DNA of 64,000 nt from Candidatus Latescibacterota bacterium (GCA_965243025.1 CBDETY010000003.1:480001-544000); one strand, 5' to 3'; positions 46,420-56,365 are shown, counted from the stretch's first letter. A program made the numbers and translations. Notes: a model not told the origin generated them from the letters alone.

Positions 46420-47025
46420 ATGATGCTCAAAAAAATGACCCGTTACTCGATAGCAGCCCCTTTTTCGTTCCTTCTGTGGTTTCTGGTGGAACCTGCCGTC
46501 GCCGAGCTGAGTCAGAACATCGCCCTCGACGGCGACTACGCCAGCGGGTTCGTTATCGGAGGGGATGCCTGGACAGCTTCGAGCGGGGGGCAGGAAGTCA
46601 CGTTGGTTTTCAGCGGCCGGGATCTGGTGGACGTCCGCCAGCTGGAGGTGATTCTGGAGCCCGTTCCGCCCAGCGCGTTCGATCTCGAAAGCGCTGTGTT
46701 CAGACCCACCGAACCTCTGGTGACCCTCGGCAAGGGGGTCGAAGTGATCGAGGGGGACCGGCTGCGCCTCGGCGGAGCGAGCGTCTCCGAATCGATCGAG
46801 GGAGATCAGGAGTTCGGAACCTTCACCCTGCTAACGAGCGACGGGTTTACCTCCGGGACGGGCGCGCAGCTCGAAGTGACTTTCCTGTCGCTGGGTCCCA
46901 CCTCCGATGACCGCGATGAGTACGACCAGGAGAACCTCGGTCTCGGTGTCGTGGTTTCGGAAGATGTCGAAACCGCTGCCGAAACGTCGACCTGGGGACG
47001 CATCAAGGCCATTCTGGCACGGTAG
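46420..47025 (+). CDS. Secreted acidic beta-sandwich (cohesin-like?) protein with TWGRIKA tail
   Basis: RBS GAGGTG, signal ending PAVA|E, C-terminus TAAETSTWGRIKAILAR. Confidence 0.75.
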   Translation: MMLKKMTRYSIAAPFSFLLWFLVEPAVAELSQNIALDGDYASGFVIGGDAWTASSGGQEVTLVFSGRDLVDVRQLEVILEPVPPSAFDLESAVFRPTEPLVTLGKGVEVIEGDRLRLGGASVSESIEGDQEFGTFTLLTSDGFTSGTGAQLEVTFLSLGPTSDDRDEYDQENLGLGVVVSEDVETAAETSTWGRIKAILAR

Positions 47026-47028
47026 TAG

Positions 47029-47094
47029 GTACCGTCCGACTTCGACCGGATGGGCTCCGCCGAGATCGAGGCGTTGTTCGAAGGCGGCTCGTGA
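47029..47094 (+). pseudogene. C-terminal remnant of a Phd/YefM-like antitoxin
   Basis: Reads VPSDFDRMGSAEIEALFEGGS*. Its TGA overlaps the PIN GTG (GTGA). Two in-frame TAG stops lie directly upstream, so the N-terminal part is missing. Confidence 0.65.
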
Positions 47095-47477
47095 ATCTCC
47101 TGCTCGACACGCATGTCCTGCTTTGGGCTGCGGGTGAGCCCGACCGGTTGCCTGCCAAGGCGCGCAGTATGATAGAAGACCCGACTTCGGAACTGGTTTT
47201 CAGCGCCGTATCGCTCTGGGAGGTTGCCACCAAGAACAGCTTGGGACGGGATGATTTCAGGGTCGATCCGCGCGTGCTGCGCCGGGGATTGCTGGAGCAC
47301 AACTACACGGAACTCGTGGTAACCGGCGCCCATGCGGTGGCGGTTACCACGCTGCCGCCGGTCCACAAGGACCCGTTCGACCGGCTGCTGGTCGCCCAGG
47401 CGCAGATCGAAGGGATGACGCTGTTGACGGTGGATGAAGTAGCCGGGCGCTACCCGGGCCCTGTCCAATTACTCTGA
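47091..47477 (+). CDS. vapC: PIN-domain VapC toxin
   Basis: LLLDTHVLLW, SAVSLWEVATK, HKDPFDRLLVAQA..EG..LLTVD. Confidence 0.92.
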   Translation: MNLLLDTHVLLWAAGEPDRLPAKARSMIEDPTSELVFSAVSLWEVATKNSLGRDDFRVDPRVLRRGLLEHNYTELVVTGAHAVAVTTLPPVHKDPFDRLLVAQAQIEGMTLLTVDEVAGRYPGPVQLL

Positions 47478-47495
47478 CGAACCCGCCCTTCCTGT

Positions 47496-48467
47496 TCAAC
47501 CTCCGGCGAGCACCGATTCGATCACGCGCAGGGTCCCCACCGCATTGGCTGCCGTGAGCAGCGGCTCCGCCCCGTCGAGCACGCAGTCGTGGAAATGCTC
47601 GATCGCCGGCGTGAACGGGGCCACCCCGTTGTCGAAGGAGACCACCTCTTCGCTCGTTCCCGAGCGGATGACGAGGCTCGACCGTTCCTGGGGATGGTAG
47701 GGCCGGGGGATCTCGATCGCCGCTTCCCTGCCGAACAGCACCGCTCCCTGCCCCCCGTAGGCGTCGAATCCCCCCTGGATCGAGGCGGTCCGGTCTCCCG
47801 GGAACTCCAGGATCAGGGTCGCGCGCGTGTCGACGCCGTACTCCGGATCGATCAGGACCTTGGACTGGATGCCGGCCGGTTCCTCCCCGAAGGCGAAGCG
47901 GGAGAAGGTGATCGGGTAGGAGCCGCCGTCGTAGAGGCTGCCCCCGCCCAGGGCGCGGTTCATGCGGATGTTGTCGGTCGGCCGCTGGATGGGGAAGCTC
48001 ATGTGGGCGTGCAGCTGCAGCAGCTCGCCGATGGCCCCCTCGTCGAGGAGCCGGCGCAGCTTCAGGGTCTGGGGGTGGTAGAGGAAGACGAATGCCTCGA
48101 AGAAGACTACCCCCGCCTCTTCACAGGCCGCCACCATCGCCTCGGCGTCGGCCGCGGTGGTCGCCAGCGGCTTTTCGCAGAAGACGTGCTTGCCGGCGGC
48201 AGCGGCCGCCTCGGTCCACTCGCGGTGCATGGTGTTGGGGAGGGGGTTGTACACGGCGTCGACCTCGTCGCTGGCCAGCAGGCTGGCGTAGTCGTCGAAG
48301 ACGCGCGGGATCCCGTGCTCTCCGGCGAACGATTCCCCCCTTTCGGGGCTGCGGCTGGCGACCGCCGCCACTTCCCCCCGCCGGGTTTCCCGCACCGCGG
48401 GAACGAAAGCGGTTTCGGCGATGCGGGCGGTGCTGATGACTCCCCAGCGCACCTTGTCTGCGCTCAT
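47496..48467 (-). CDS. Gfo/Idh/MocA oxidoreductase
   Basis: WGVISTARIA, YNPLPN..H, GKHVFCEKP, GGSLYDGGSY. Confidence 0.92.
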   Translation of the reverse strand: MSADKVRWGVISTARIAETAFVPAVRETRRGEVAAVASRSPERGESFAGEHGIPRVFDDYASLLASDEVDAVYNPLPNTMHREWTEAAAAAGKHVFCEKPLATTAADAEAMVAACEEAGVVFFEAFVFLYHPQTLKLRRLLDEGAIGELLQLHAHMSFPIQRPTDNIRMNRALGGGSLYDGGSYPITFSRFAFGEEPAGIQSKVLIDPEYGVDTRATLILEFPGDRTASIQGGFDAYGGQGAVLFGREAAIEIPRPYHPQERSSLVIRSGTSEEVVSFDNGVAPFTPAIEHFHDCVLDGAEPLLTAANAVGTLRVIESVLAGG

Positions 48468-48547
48468 GTAGATCCTCCTTCTCTGGTCGGGCTTGCGAAT
48501 CCCTGCTTTTCCCAACGGCGGAAAGCGGTTCCCGCCGGACTGGGAAT

Positions 48548-49333
48548 TCAACCCCCCTGACGATCCGGCCCGGGGAGCAAGCGGGCGAGGTGCTCGTCGG
48601 CGGCGTGATCTTCGTTGAGGCCCAACTGCATGCGCAGCAGCTCCTTCTGGCGTTGGCTCAGCCTGTCGTACGACGCCGCCGGGAAACCGTCGTGGGGATC
48701 GAGCTGGAACATCAGCATCGACTTGCGGTAGTGGGCGAACAGGGCGTGGCGGTTGCGGCCGGTGCTGTTGGCGCCGCCGGCGTGCCAGCACTGGCCGTTG
48801 AAGACCAGCACGCTTCCCGCCGCGGCCTCGGGTTGAAACACGTGCCTGACCTCCATCCCCTCCGGCGGGCCGGCGAGGCCGCTCTTGTGCGAGCCGGGCA
48901 CGATGCGGGTGCCGCCGATCTCGGGGCTGAAGTCGTCGAGCATCCACACGGTGTTCATCATCACCGGGGAGACGGGGTTGAGCATGTGGGCGGGTATGTC
49001 GCTGTGGAAGTCCTGCTCGCCGTCCCCGGGCCGGACGATGCGCGAGCTGAGGCTGCCGAGGATGAGGGTGGTGTCGAGGAAGTGCTCGAGAACCGGCAGG
49101 ATGGCGGGATGGTCGATGACCTGGAAAAAGACCGGGTCGCGCCCCGGCAGGTTGGGGACGAGCAGGGAGGTGGCGTTGCGGTTTTCGTACCCGTGCAATC
49201 CGATCTCGTCGCCGCAGCGGACGAGGGCGCTTCGCAAGGCCTCGATCTCGCCGGGATCGAGGACCTCCGGAACCAGGGTGAATCCGTAGATCTCGATTTC
49301 GGCAACCGCCTGTTCGAACGGGGTCATGGGCAT
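48548..49333 (-). CDS. PhyH-family dioxygenase
   Basis: QDFHSD, GGTRIVPGSH, WHAGGAN. Confidence 0.9.
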   Translation of the reverse strand: MPMTPFEQAVAEIEIYGFTLVPEVLDPGEIEALRSALVRCGDEIGLHGYENRNATSLLVPNLPGRDPVFFQVIDHPAILPVLEHFLDTTLILGSLSSRIVRPGDGEQDFHSDIPAHMLNPVSPVMMNTVWMLDDFSPEIGGTRIVPGSHKSGLAGPPEGMEVRHVFQPEAAAGSVLVFNGQCWHAGGANSTGRNRHALFAHYRKSMLMFQLDPHDGFPAASYDRLSQRQKELLRMQLGLNEDHAADEHLARLLPGPDRQGG

Positions 49334-49410
49334 CCTTTCGCCGGGGCGTCGCTTGTTTCCGCGCTGAAATGCGGTTTAATGTAGCCCAAAACCGCAACCA
49401 GGAGCTGCCG

Positions 49411-50415
49411 ATGACACCTGAGGACCGGGCGCAACGACTTCAGGTCGACACCATTCACGGGCGCCATCTCGAAGACAACCGGCTGGGGGACCCCGCCCTC
49501 CGCAACCTCGCCGTGCTGCTGCCGCGTTCCTACCGCGAGTCGGAGACGCGGCGCTACCCGGCCGCCTACATCCTGCACGGCTTCGGCGGCACCGCCTGGT
49601 CCTGGGCAAACGACTTCTCGCTCTCCTCGGGACCGGGCTGGCGCTCCTTCCTGCACGCCGCCGACGAGCTGATGCGGGGGGAGAGCTGCCGCGAGATGAT
49701 CCTCGTCGCCCCCGACGGCCACAACCGCTGGGGCTGCAGCCAGTGGGTCGACTCGGGGATCAACGGCAACTACGCCAGCTACGTCGCCGACGACGTGGTG
49801 GGGTACGTCGACGCCCATTTCCGCACCGTTCCCGAGCGCAGCCACCGCCTGGTGACCGGGGTGTCGAGCGGCGGCATCGGGGCCTTCCACGTCGGCGGCT
49901 GTTTCCCCGAGATCTTCGCCGCCGCCGCGGTGCGCAGCGCCGACATCTACTTCGAGGTCACCCATGTCCCCTGGCTCGTCGACCTGGTCAACGCCTCCTG
50001 GCCGCAGGGGTTCAAGGGGCCGATCCGGGACAACTACAACTCCTGGATCTGCTACGGCCTCGCCGCCGCCTATTCCCCCAACCCCGACAACCCCCCGTAC
50101 TGCGGCGACCTGCCGATCCGCTTCCCCAACGGCGACCTCGACGAGGAGGTCTGGGAGAAGTGGCTGCACTTCGACCCGGTCCGGGCCTGCGAGAGGTACG
50201 CGGCCGCCTTCCGCAGCATGCACCTGTTCACCGACTGCGGATTCCGCGACGAGTACCACTTCCACCTCGGGCACCGCATCCTCCACGAGCGCCTCGAGGA
50301 AGCGCAGGTGCCGCACATCTACGAGGAGTACGACGGCAAGCACGGCGACCTGAGCACCGAGCGCACCCTGCGCGTGCTCGAGTGGTTCGACGGGATTATT
50401 CCCGATGAGGGTTAG
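49411..50415 (+). CDS. Alpha/beta-hydrolase esterase (enterochelin esterase-like)
   Basis: YP..YILHG, nucleophile elbow GVSSGG, DCG..DE, YDGKH. Confidence 0.88.
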   Translation: MTPEDRAQRLQVDTIHGRHLEDNRLGDPALRNLAVLLPRSYRESETRRYPAAYILHGFGGTAWSWANDFSLSSGPGWRSFLHAADELMRGESCREMILVAPDGHNRWGCSQWVDSGINGNYASYVADDVVGYVDAHFRTVPERSHRLVTGVSSGGIGAFHVGGCFPEIFAAAAVRSADIYFEVTHVPWLVDLVNASWPQGFKGPIRDNYNSWICYGLAAAYSPNPDNPPYCGDLPIRFPNGDLDEEVWEKWLHFDPVRACERYAAAFRSMHLFTDCGFRDEYHFHLGHRILHERLEEAQVPHIYEEYDGKHGDLSTERTLRVLEWFDGIIPDEG

Positions 50416-50678
50416 CCGCGCCCGCGGGTCCCGAGTGGAACTCGGGCCGCCCCGGATGGGGAACTGCCCCGGGCTGAAGCCAGGGGTGCGACCCGGGGCA
50501 GCCAAGGCGGGTCAGAAGGAATTGCCGAAACCCGGGGTGTGGCCGGTAAGCCGCAAGGCCGCAGCCTCGAGTGCTGGCGGCGGCACCGGTTCGGGCGATC
50601 CTGGAGCCGTCGAGCCGGATTCAGGGGATTGCGGGCGGCCCCCGAAACCCGAGATCGAACCCCGGCGGTACCGGCAGC

Positions 50679-51467
50679 CTACAGCACCTCGGCGCGGCTG
50701 AACAGCTCCTTCCCGCGGTCGGTCAGCTGCTCGAAGCTTTCGCGGTGGATCTCGACCCGCCTGCCGATGCAGAACCAGGACAGGGAGTAGCAGATCACCA
50801 GCTCCGGCCGCGGCCCGTCCGAGGTGTTGGGGGTGCCGCGGTGCAGGGCGCGCGGGTCCTGCACCCAGAAGGTGCCGCGGCGCATGTCGAGGCGCCGCGG
50901 GTGCGCGTCGAAGCCGCCGCGGGAGAGCAGCTCGTCGTACCTGCCCTCGAGCTCCGCTTCGGCCAGGTACTGCGTGCAGGGCAGCACCTCGATGCTGCCG
51001 TTCTCCTCGCTGGTGTCGACGAGCGGGATCTTGATCCCGAAATGAGGGTGGCGGGGGTTGCCGATGCCGGGGGTGAGCAGCTTCGTGTCCCGGTGCCAGC
51101 GCTGCAGGGTGCTGCCCGGCCACGGGTTGTTCGAGTGCAGGCAGGTGATCTGGAAGTCGTCGGTCTCCCAGTAGGATTCGAGAAACCCGAGGATGACGGG
51201 GTTGGCGTAGATCTCCGGGTCGAGGAACGGCGGGTCGAGCGGCCAGTTCAGGGTGTAGCGGGAGGGCAGCTGCATGCGCCCCTTGCCGGTGCGCAGGTCG
51301 CCGACCTCGGCGGCGCCGATTTCGGTCTCGCGGGCCCGGACGTGCTCGAGCAGCGGCATGAAGGCGTCGCAGAGCCCGTCAATCTTTCCGGGAGCGACGA
51401 GATCCTCGAAGAGGGTGAAGCCGTTGATCTTGAACTCGGCGATCTTGAGCTGCAGGTCGTACTCCAC
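50679..51467 (-). CDS. PhyH-family dioxygenase
   Basis: QRWHRD, ENGSIEV, LHRGTPN. Confidence 0.9.
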   Translation of the reverse strand: MEYDLQLKIAEFKINGFTLFEDLVAPGKIDGLCDAFMPLLEHVRARETEIGAAEVGDLRTGKGRMQLPSRYTLNWPLDPPFLDPEIYANPVILGFLESYWETDDFQITCLHSNNPWPGSTLQRWHRDTKLLTPGIGNPRHPHFGIKIPLVDTSEENGSIEVLPCTQYLAEAELEGRYDELLSRGGFDAHPRRLDMRRGTFWVQDPRALHRGTPNTSDGPRPELVICYSLSWFCIGRRVEIHRESFEQLTDRGKELFSRAEVL

Positions 51468-51774
51468 GGAACCATCTCCTGGTTTGTTGCGGCCTCCTGG
51501 CCGGCCGGCAATGACGGCCGTCGGAAAATTGGCTGCAGAGGAGCCGGATCAGGGCGGCCGAAGGCAAGTCGCCCCTGCCAGTGTTCAACAGGCTGCCAGG
51601 CGGTTGAACAAGCCGCCCCGCCGGCCGCGACGCAAGGCCGCGGCGGATGGACTTTTCCCACCGGCTCCCATACTCTGAAGCGGCATCTTCAGGCAGACAA
51701 CCCGTTCCAACTGTCACACCGGCCGCCGGAGCCGCCCTCGCTGGAGAGACTCACGGGGCCGAGGAGAGCGACCA

Positions 51775-52545
51775 ATGGACAACCTGTTTCTCGACGCGGC
51801 GGGCGGGCCCCGGCGGGTGCGCGGCGTCACCGTCAACAGCGGCTCGCCGCTGCTCGTCCGGCTGGCGGCGCGTATCGGCTGGGAGGCGGTCTGGATCGAG
51901 ATGGAGCACGGCCCCGCCGGGTTCGAGCGCGTCGAGGCGATGTGCACCGCGGCCGAGGCCGGCGGCACCGCCCCGCTGGTGCGCCTGCCGGACGGAGAGC
52001 GCAACAACGTGCTGCGCGCCCTGGAGTCGGGGGCGCGCATCCTCGTCGTGCCGATGGTGGACGACGCCGGGCACGCCCGCAGGGTGGTAGAGTACGGCAA
52101 GTACGCCCCCGTGGGGGCGCGCGGCTACAACACCCGCACCCCGGGCATGGATTTCGGGCTCGAGGACCCGGTGAAGGCGATGGCCAGGGCCAACGAGCGC
52201 ACCTTCCTCTTCACCCAGATCGAGACCCCCGAGGCGGTCGCCAACGCCGGCGAGATCCTCGCCGTCGAGGGGCTGAGCGGCATCTTCCTCGGGCCGGGGG
52301 ACCTGTCCGTAAACCTCGGGGTAACCGGGCAGATGACCGACCCGCGGCTGCGCGGGATGGTGCTCTCCTGCATCGAAAAGGCGAAGGCCGCAGGCAAGCT
52401 CAGCGGCATCTTCACCCTTCCGGGGCCGCTCCTCGAAGCGGCGATGGATGCCGGCTGCGACCTGGTGATCTGCGGCGGCGACGTCATGGATCTCGGCAAG
52501 GCCTGGGCGCAGCTGCTGGCCGCGATCCCGCCCCTGCAGCAGTGA
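51775..52545 (+). CDS. HpcH/HpaI aldolase family
   Basis: WIEMEHG, VRLP, QIET, FLGPGDLS. Confidence 0.9.
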   Translation: MDNLFLDAAGGPRRVRGVTVNSGSPLLVRLAARIGWEAVWIEMEHGPAGFERVEAMCTAAEAGGTAPLVRLPDGERNNVLRALESGARILVVPMVDDAGHARRVVEYGKYAPVGARGYNTRTPGMDFGLEDPVKAMARANERTFLFTQIETPEAVANAGEILAVEGLSGIFLGPGDLSVNLGVTGQMTDPRLRGMVLSCIEKAKAAGKLSGIFTLPGPLLEAAMDAGCDLVICGGDVMDLGKAWAQLLAAIPPLQQ

Positions 52546-52809
52546 CCCTGCGGGAACACCTGGAGGAGTAGAAAAGAGAGGTCCACCGTCTTTCCCGGGT
52601 ACCTCTCGGCCGCTGAAGCCGCGGAAGTGGCGCCGGGCGATGGACCCGGAGTTCAACAGGCTGTTCCGCCGCAGCCCCGCCAAAACCGGGATGCAGAATT
52701 GTGCGGATTCCGGCGCACGAAGGGCTGCCCCCGCTGGCCGGGAGGCACGTCACCAGGACGCTGATGCCGGACTTCGCAGTTCTCGTCCGGTTGCCGCGGG
52801 CAGGCAGGC

Positions 52810-53550
52810 TCAGCGGAAGTGGCTGTCGGCGGCGTGCAGGGCCCCGAGCCCGCGCTGCATGCGCAGCAGCTCCTTCTGGCGCTGGTTGAGCTGTCCGTAC
52901 CACTCCGCGGGAAACCCGTCGTGGGGATCGAGCTGGAACACCAGCATGTGCTTGCGGTAGTGCCCGAACAGAGCGTGGCGGTCGGCGCTGCTGTTGTTGG
53001 CTCCCCCGGCGTGCCAGCACTGGCCGTTGAACACCAGCACGCTCCCCGCCGGCGCCGACGGCTGCACGACGTGGGCGACCTCGAACCCCTCGGCAGGGGC
53101 CCCCAACCCGCTCTTGTGCGATCCCGGCACCACCCGGGTGCCGCCGTTCTCCGGGCTGAAGTCGTCGAGCATCCAGACCGTGTTCATCATCACCGGCGAG
53201 GCCATGTTCAGCATCCCGACGGGGATGTCGCTGTGGAACTCCTGGTCGCCGTCGCCGGGACGCACGATGCGGGAGTTGAGGCTGCCGAGGATGAGGTTCT
53301 CCCCGAGGAAGTGCTCGAGCAGGGGCAGGGTGCGCGGGTGGTCGATGCAGCGGAAGAAGACCGGGTCGAGCACCGGCAGGTTGGCGACGTGCCGCGCCGA
53401 TCCCCGGTGGGCGTGCTCGGTGCCGACCTCCCGGTCGCAGCGGATCAGGGCCTCGCGCATCTGCCCGGCCTCCGCGGCGTCCAGCACCGCTTCGAGCACG
53501 GTGAAGCCGTAGATCTCGATCTCGTGCACAGCCTGTTCGAAGTCGTTCAC
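52810..53550 (-). CDS. PhyH-family dioxygenase (close paralogue of 48548-49333)
   Basis: QEFHSD, GGTRVVPGSH, WHAGGAN. Confidence 0.9.
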   Translation of the reverse strand: MNDFEQAVHEIEIYGFTVLEAVLDAAEAGQMREALIRCDREVGTEHAHRGSARHVANLPVLDPVFFRCIDHPRTLPLLEHFLGENLILGSLNSRIVRPGDGDQEFHSDIPVGMLNMASPVMMNTVWMLDDFSPENGGTRVVPGSHKSGLGAPAEGFEVAHVVQPSAPAGSVLVFNGQCWHAGGANNSSADRHALFGHYRKHMLVFQLDPHDGFPAEWYGQLNQRQKELLRMQRGLGALHAADSHFR

Positions 53551-53798
53551 GGTTTTTCCTTGTCCGAGGGGTTGAGATTGGGGCGGTTACCGGGGGGACG
53601 AGCTGCCGGTGAAAGCGCCGCCGCGGCGCATTGCCGCGGCCCCTTCGTGTTTCCAGTGCAAGAACGGCGGCGGCAGACCCCAGCGCTTCACCCGCGGGAA
53701 CGGTACGGGAGACCTTCTTTCCAGTTCGTAACAAAATGTTGCAAACTCGGGCTGAGCATAGCCTGGCATTGTCGGAACGGTCCGGTCCTGCTTTTGTT

Positions 53799-53841
53799 CA
53801 TCTATGCAATTGAAACATTTTGCGTTACATTTGCATAGATG
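53799..53841. promoter_or_regulatory. AT-rich inverted repeat overlapping the ATPase start codon
   Basis: CATCTATGCAATTGAAAC-N7-GTTACATTTGCATAGATG, 16 of 18 positions pair. Confidence 0.55.
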
Positions 53842-55005
53842 ATACTCCGCAAAATCAAGCCGGCCCTGAACCAACTGCTGGACAGCAACCCTGCGGTTGT
53901 CCTGATCGGGCCGCGCCAGGTCGGCAAGACGACGCTCGCGCGGGAAGTCGCCGACGAGCGCGATGCCCTCTACCTGGATCTGGAGCGGCCGAGCGATCTG
54001 GCAAAGACTTCCGATATCGAGCAATACTGCGCCGAAAACGCCAACCGATTGCTCGTTTTCGACGAGGTGCATCGCGCGCCGGGATTGTTCGCCCCGTTGC
54101 GCGCGATAATAGACGAACACCGGCGTGCTGGTAAGAGGTCGGGGCTGTTCCTGTTGCTCGGCTCGGCCTCCATCGACCTGCTGCAACAGTCGAGCGAGAC
54201 GCTCGCGGGCCGCCTCGTCTATTGCGAGTTGCATCCCGTCAATGTCAGCGAAGTGCCAGTGGACGCGCTGCGCCGACTCTGGTGCAGAGGCGGTTTCCCG
54301 GAGAGCTACCTTGCCCCAGGCGACGCGGAGAGCCTCGACTGGCGCCTCTCCTTCATCCGCACGTACCTCGAACGCGACATTCCCCAGCTCGGGCCGCGCA
54401 TTCCCGCCGAGACCCTGCGCCGGTTCTGGACCATGCTCGCTCACAATCAGGGGCAAACCCATAATGCCGCGGCGCTCGCACGGGGCCTCGATGTCAGCGG
54501 CGTTACCATCGCCCGCTACCTGGACTTGCTGGCCGACCTCCTGCTGATCCGCCGCCTGCCGCCCTGGACCAGCAACGTGGGGCGGCGACTCGTCAAGGCA
54601 CCCAAGGTATATGTCAGGGACAGCGGCGTCTGCCATGCGCTGCTCGGCATCGAGACGCTCGACGACCTGTTCGGGCATCCCGTCATTGGCGGCAGTTGGG
54701 AAGGCTACGTCGTCGAGAACATCGCCGGCGCCCTGCCGGGACGGGCGTCCTGCGGCTACTACCGCACCGCGGGCGGCGCGGAAGTCGACCTTGTGGTCAA
54801 TCTCGGTGCTGGCGAAATCTGGGCGGTAGAAATCAAGTACAGCTCCGCTCCCAGGGTCTCCAAGGGGTTCCACAGCGCATGCGAAGACCTGCGACCCAAC
54901 CGGAAGTTCGTCGTTCACGCTGGCAGCGAAAGCTTCCCGCTGGCAAAGGACATCCGCGCCGTGACGCTGCCGGCTTTCCTCCAGCTACTGGGGCAATCGC
55001 GTTGA
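53839..55005 (+). CDS. AAA_14 ATPase with DUF4143 nuclease-like C-terminus
   Basis: GPRQVGKTT, FDEVH, LLGSAS, LAGR, GGFP, KAPKVYVRDSG, EVDLV..VEIK. Confidence 0.9.
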   Translation: MILRKIKPALNQLLDSNPAVVLIGPRQVGKTTLAREVADERDALYLDLERPSDLAKTSDIEQYCAENANRLLVFDEVHRAPGLFAPLRAIIDEHRRAGKRSGLFLLLGSASIDLLQQSSETLAGRLVYCELHPVNVSEVPVDALRRLWCRGGFPESYLAPGDAESLDWRLSFIRTYLERDIPQLGPRIPAETLRRFWTMLAHNQGQTHNAAALARGLDVSGVTIARYLDLLADLLLIRRLPPWTSNVGRRLVKAPKVYVRDSGVCHALLGIETLDDLFGHPVIGGSWEGYVVENIAGALPGRASCGYYRTAGGAEVDLVVNLGAGEIWAVEIKYSSAPRVSKGFHSACEDLRPNRKFVVHAGSESFPLAKDIRAVTLPAFLQLLGQSR

Positions 55006-55264
55006 GCCATGCTTGAAGCGGTAATGGAAATTCGGCACGACCAACGGCATTCAGCACACCGGCTTTCCTGCGCCTTGTGCTTCACGCCGGCCGCCTTGAC
55101 CGAACCGACCCGGGATCACTCGAGCCTGTCGCGCCTTCGCCGGCCCCTGCCCGAAGCCGTGCCCCCGGGCGGTCTTCGGCCGGGTGCCGAAGGTGTCGTC
55201 CGGCCACGCCCTGCTGCAGGGCAACCATCCCCCGTCCCCCGAACGAAAGCGAGAGGCCCTGAAC

Positions 55265-56365
55265 ATGGCACGAGTTCTCGGTGAAGCGTTCCGCGAGGCA
55301 GAGCGGACCCGCCCCCGAAGGATGCACCGCGCCGCGGTGGTCGGCTGCGGCCGCATGGGCAGCACCATCGACGACGAGCAGATCGGCAGGCCCAGCTACC
55401 CGTGGCCGTGGGCGCACGCGCCGGCCATCATCGAGGCCCGCAACGTCGAGCTGGTCGCCGCCGCCGACGTCGACCAGGCAAAGCTCGACGACTTCCGGCG
55501 GCGCTGGAAGGTCGAGGCCCTCTACCGCGACTACCGCGAGATGGCGGCCAGCGAGAAACCGGATCTCGTCGCCGTGACCACCGGCCCGGAGGAGCGGGCC
55601 GAGGTGGTGATCGGGCTCGCCGAGGCCGGGGTCAAGGGGATCTTCGCCACCAAGCCGATGTGCCGGACCCTGGCCGAGGCGGACGCCATGATCGCCGCCT
55701 GCCGCGGCAACGGCGTCATCCTGGCGATGGCCTGCCACCTCAACTGGTACTGCTGGTACACCAGCGCCCGCGAGGCGATCGCCGCCGGCGTCATCGGCGA
55801 GCTGCGCTCGATGGTCTGCCACTGCTCCGCCTCGCTCTCCAACATCGGCAGCCACACCCTGGCGCTGATGCGCCTGTTCGCCGGCGCCCCGGCGGGCTGG
55901 GTCTTCGGCCACATGGACAGCGACGCCGAGGCCGCCGGCAGCGCCGACCTGTCGGGAACGGGGTACGTCGTGTACGAGAACGGGGTGCGCGCCCTGCTGA
56001 ACTCGCGCTGCGAGCAGAACGCCGGCTTCCAGTGGACGATGGAGTTCATCGGCGAGGGAGGCCGCATCCTGTCGCGCAACGCCCACGCGCAGTTCGAGCT
56101 GTGGACGAAGGACCCGGATACCGGCACCTCGGTGAAGCGCCAGTTCCCCGGGCCCTGGTACCCGCGCAGCTCCATGGTCGACGCCATCGAGGGGGTCTGC
56201 CGCTCCATCGAGGAGGGGGAGGAGCGCACCTGCCCCGGCGAGTTCGGCCGCGAGGCCCTCGAGATCGCCATCGCCCTGAGGGAGTCCCACCGCCGCGGCC
56301 ACGTCCGCGTCGACCTGCCGCTCGCCGACCGCAGCCTGGCCCTGGGGGGGCGCGGCCTTGCCTGA
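55265..56365 (+). CDS. Gfo/Idh/MocA oxidoreductase
   Basis: VVGCGRMG, ATKPM, GSH. Start uncertain. Confidence 0.85.
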   Translation: MARVLGEAFREAERTRPRRMHRAAVVGCGRMGSTIDDEQIGRPSYPWPWAHAPAIIEARNVELVAAADVDQAKLDDFRRRWKVEALYRDYREMAASEKPDLVAVTTGPEERAEVVIGLAEAGVKGIFATKPMCRTLAEADAMIAACRGNGVILAMACHLNWYCWYTSAREAIAAGVIGELRSMVCHCSASLSNIGSHTLALMRLFAGAPAGWVFGHMDSDAEAAGSADLSGTGYVVYENGVRALLNSRCEQNAGFQWTMEFIGEGGRILSRNAHAQFELWTKDPDTGTSVKRQFPGPWYPRSSMVDAIEGVCRSIEEGEERTCPGEFGREALEIAIALRESHRRGHVRVDLPLADRSLALGGRGLA

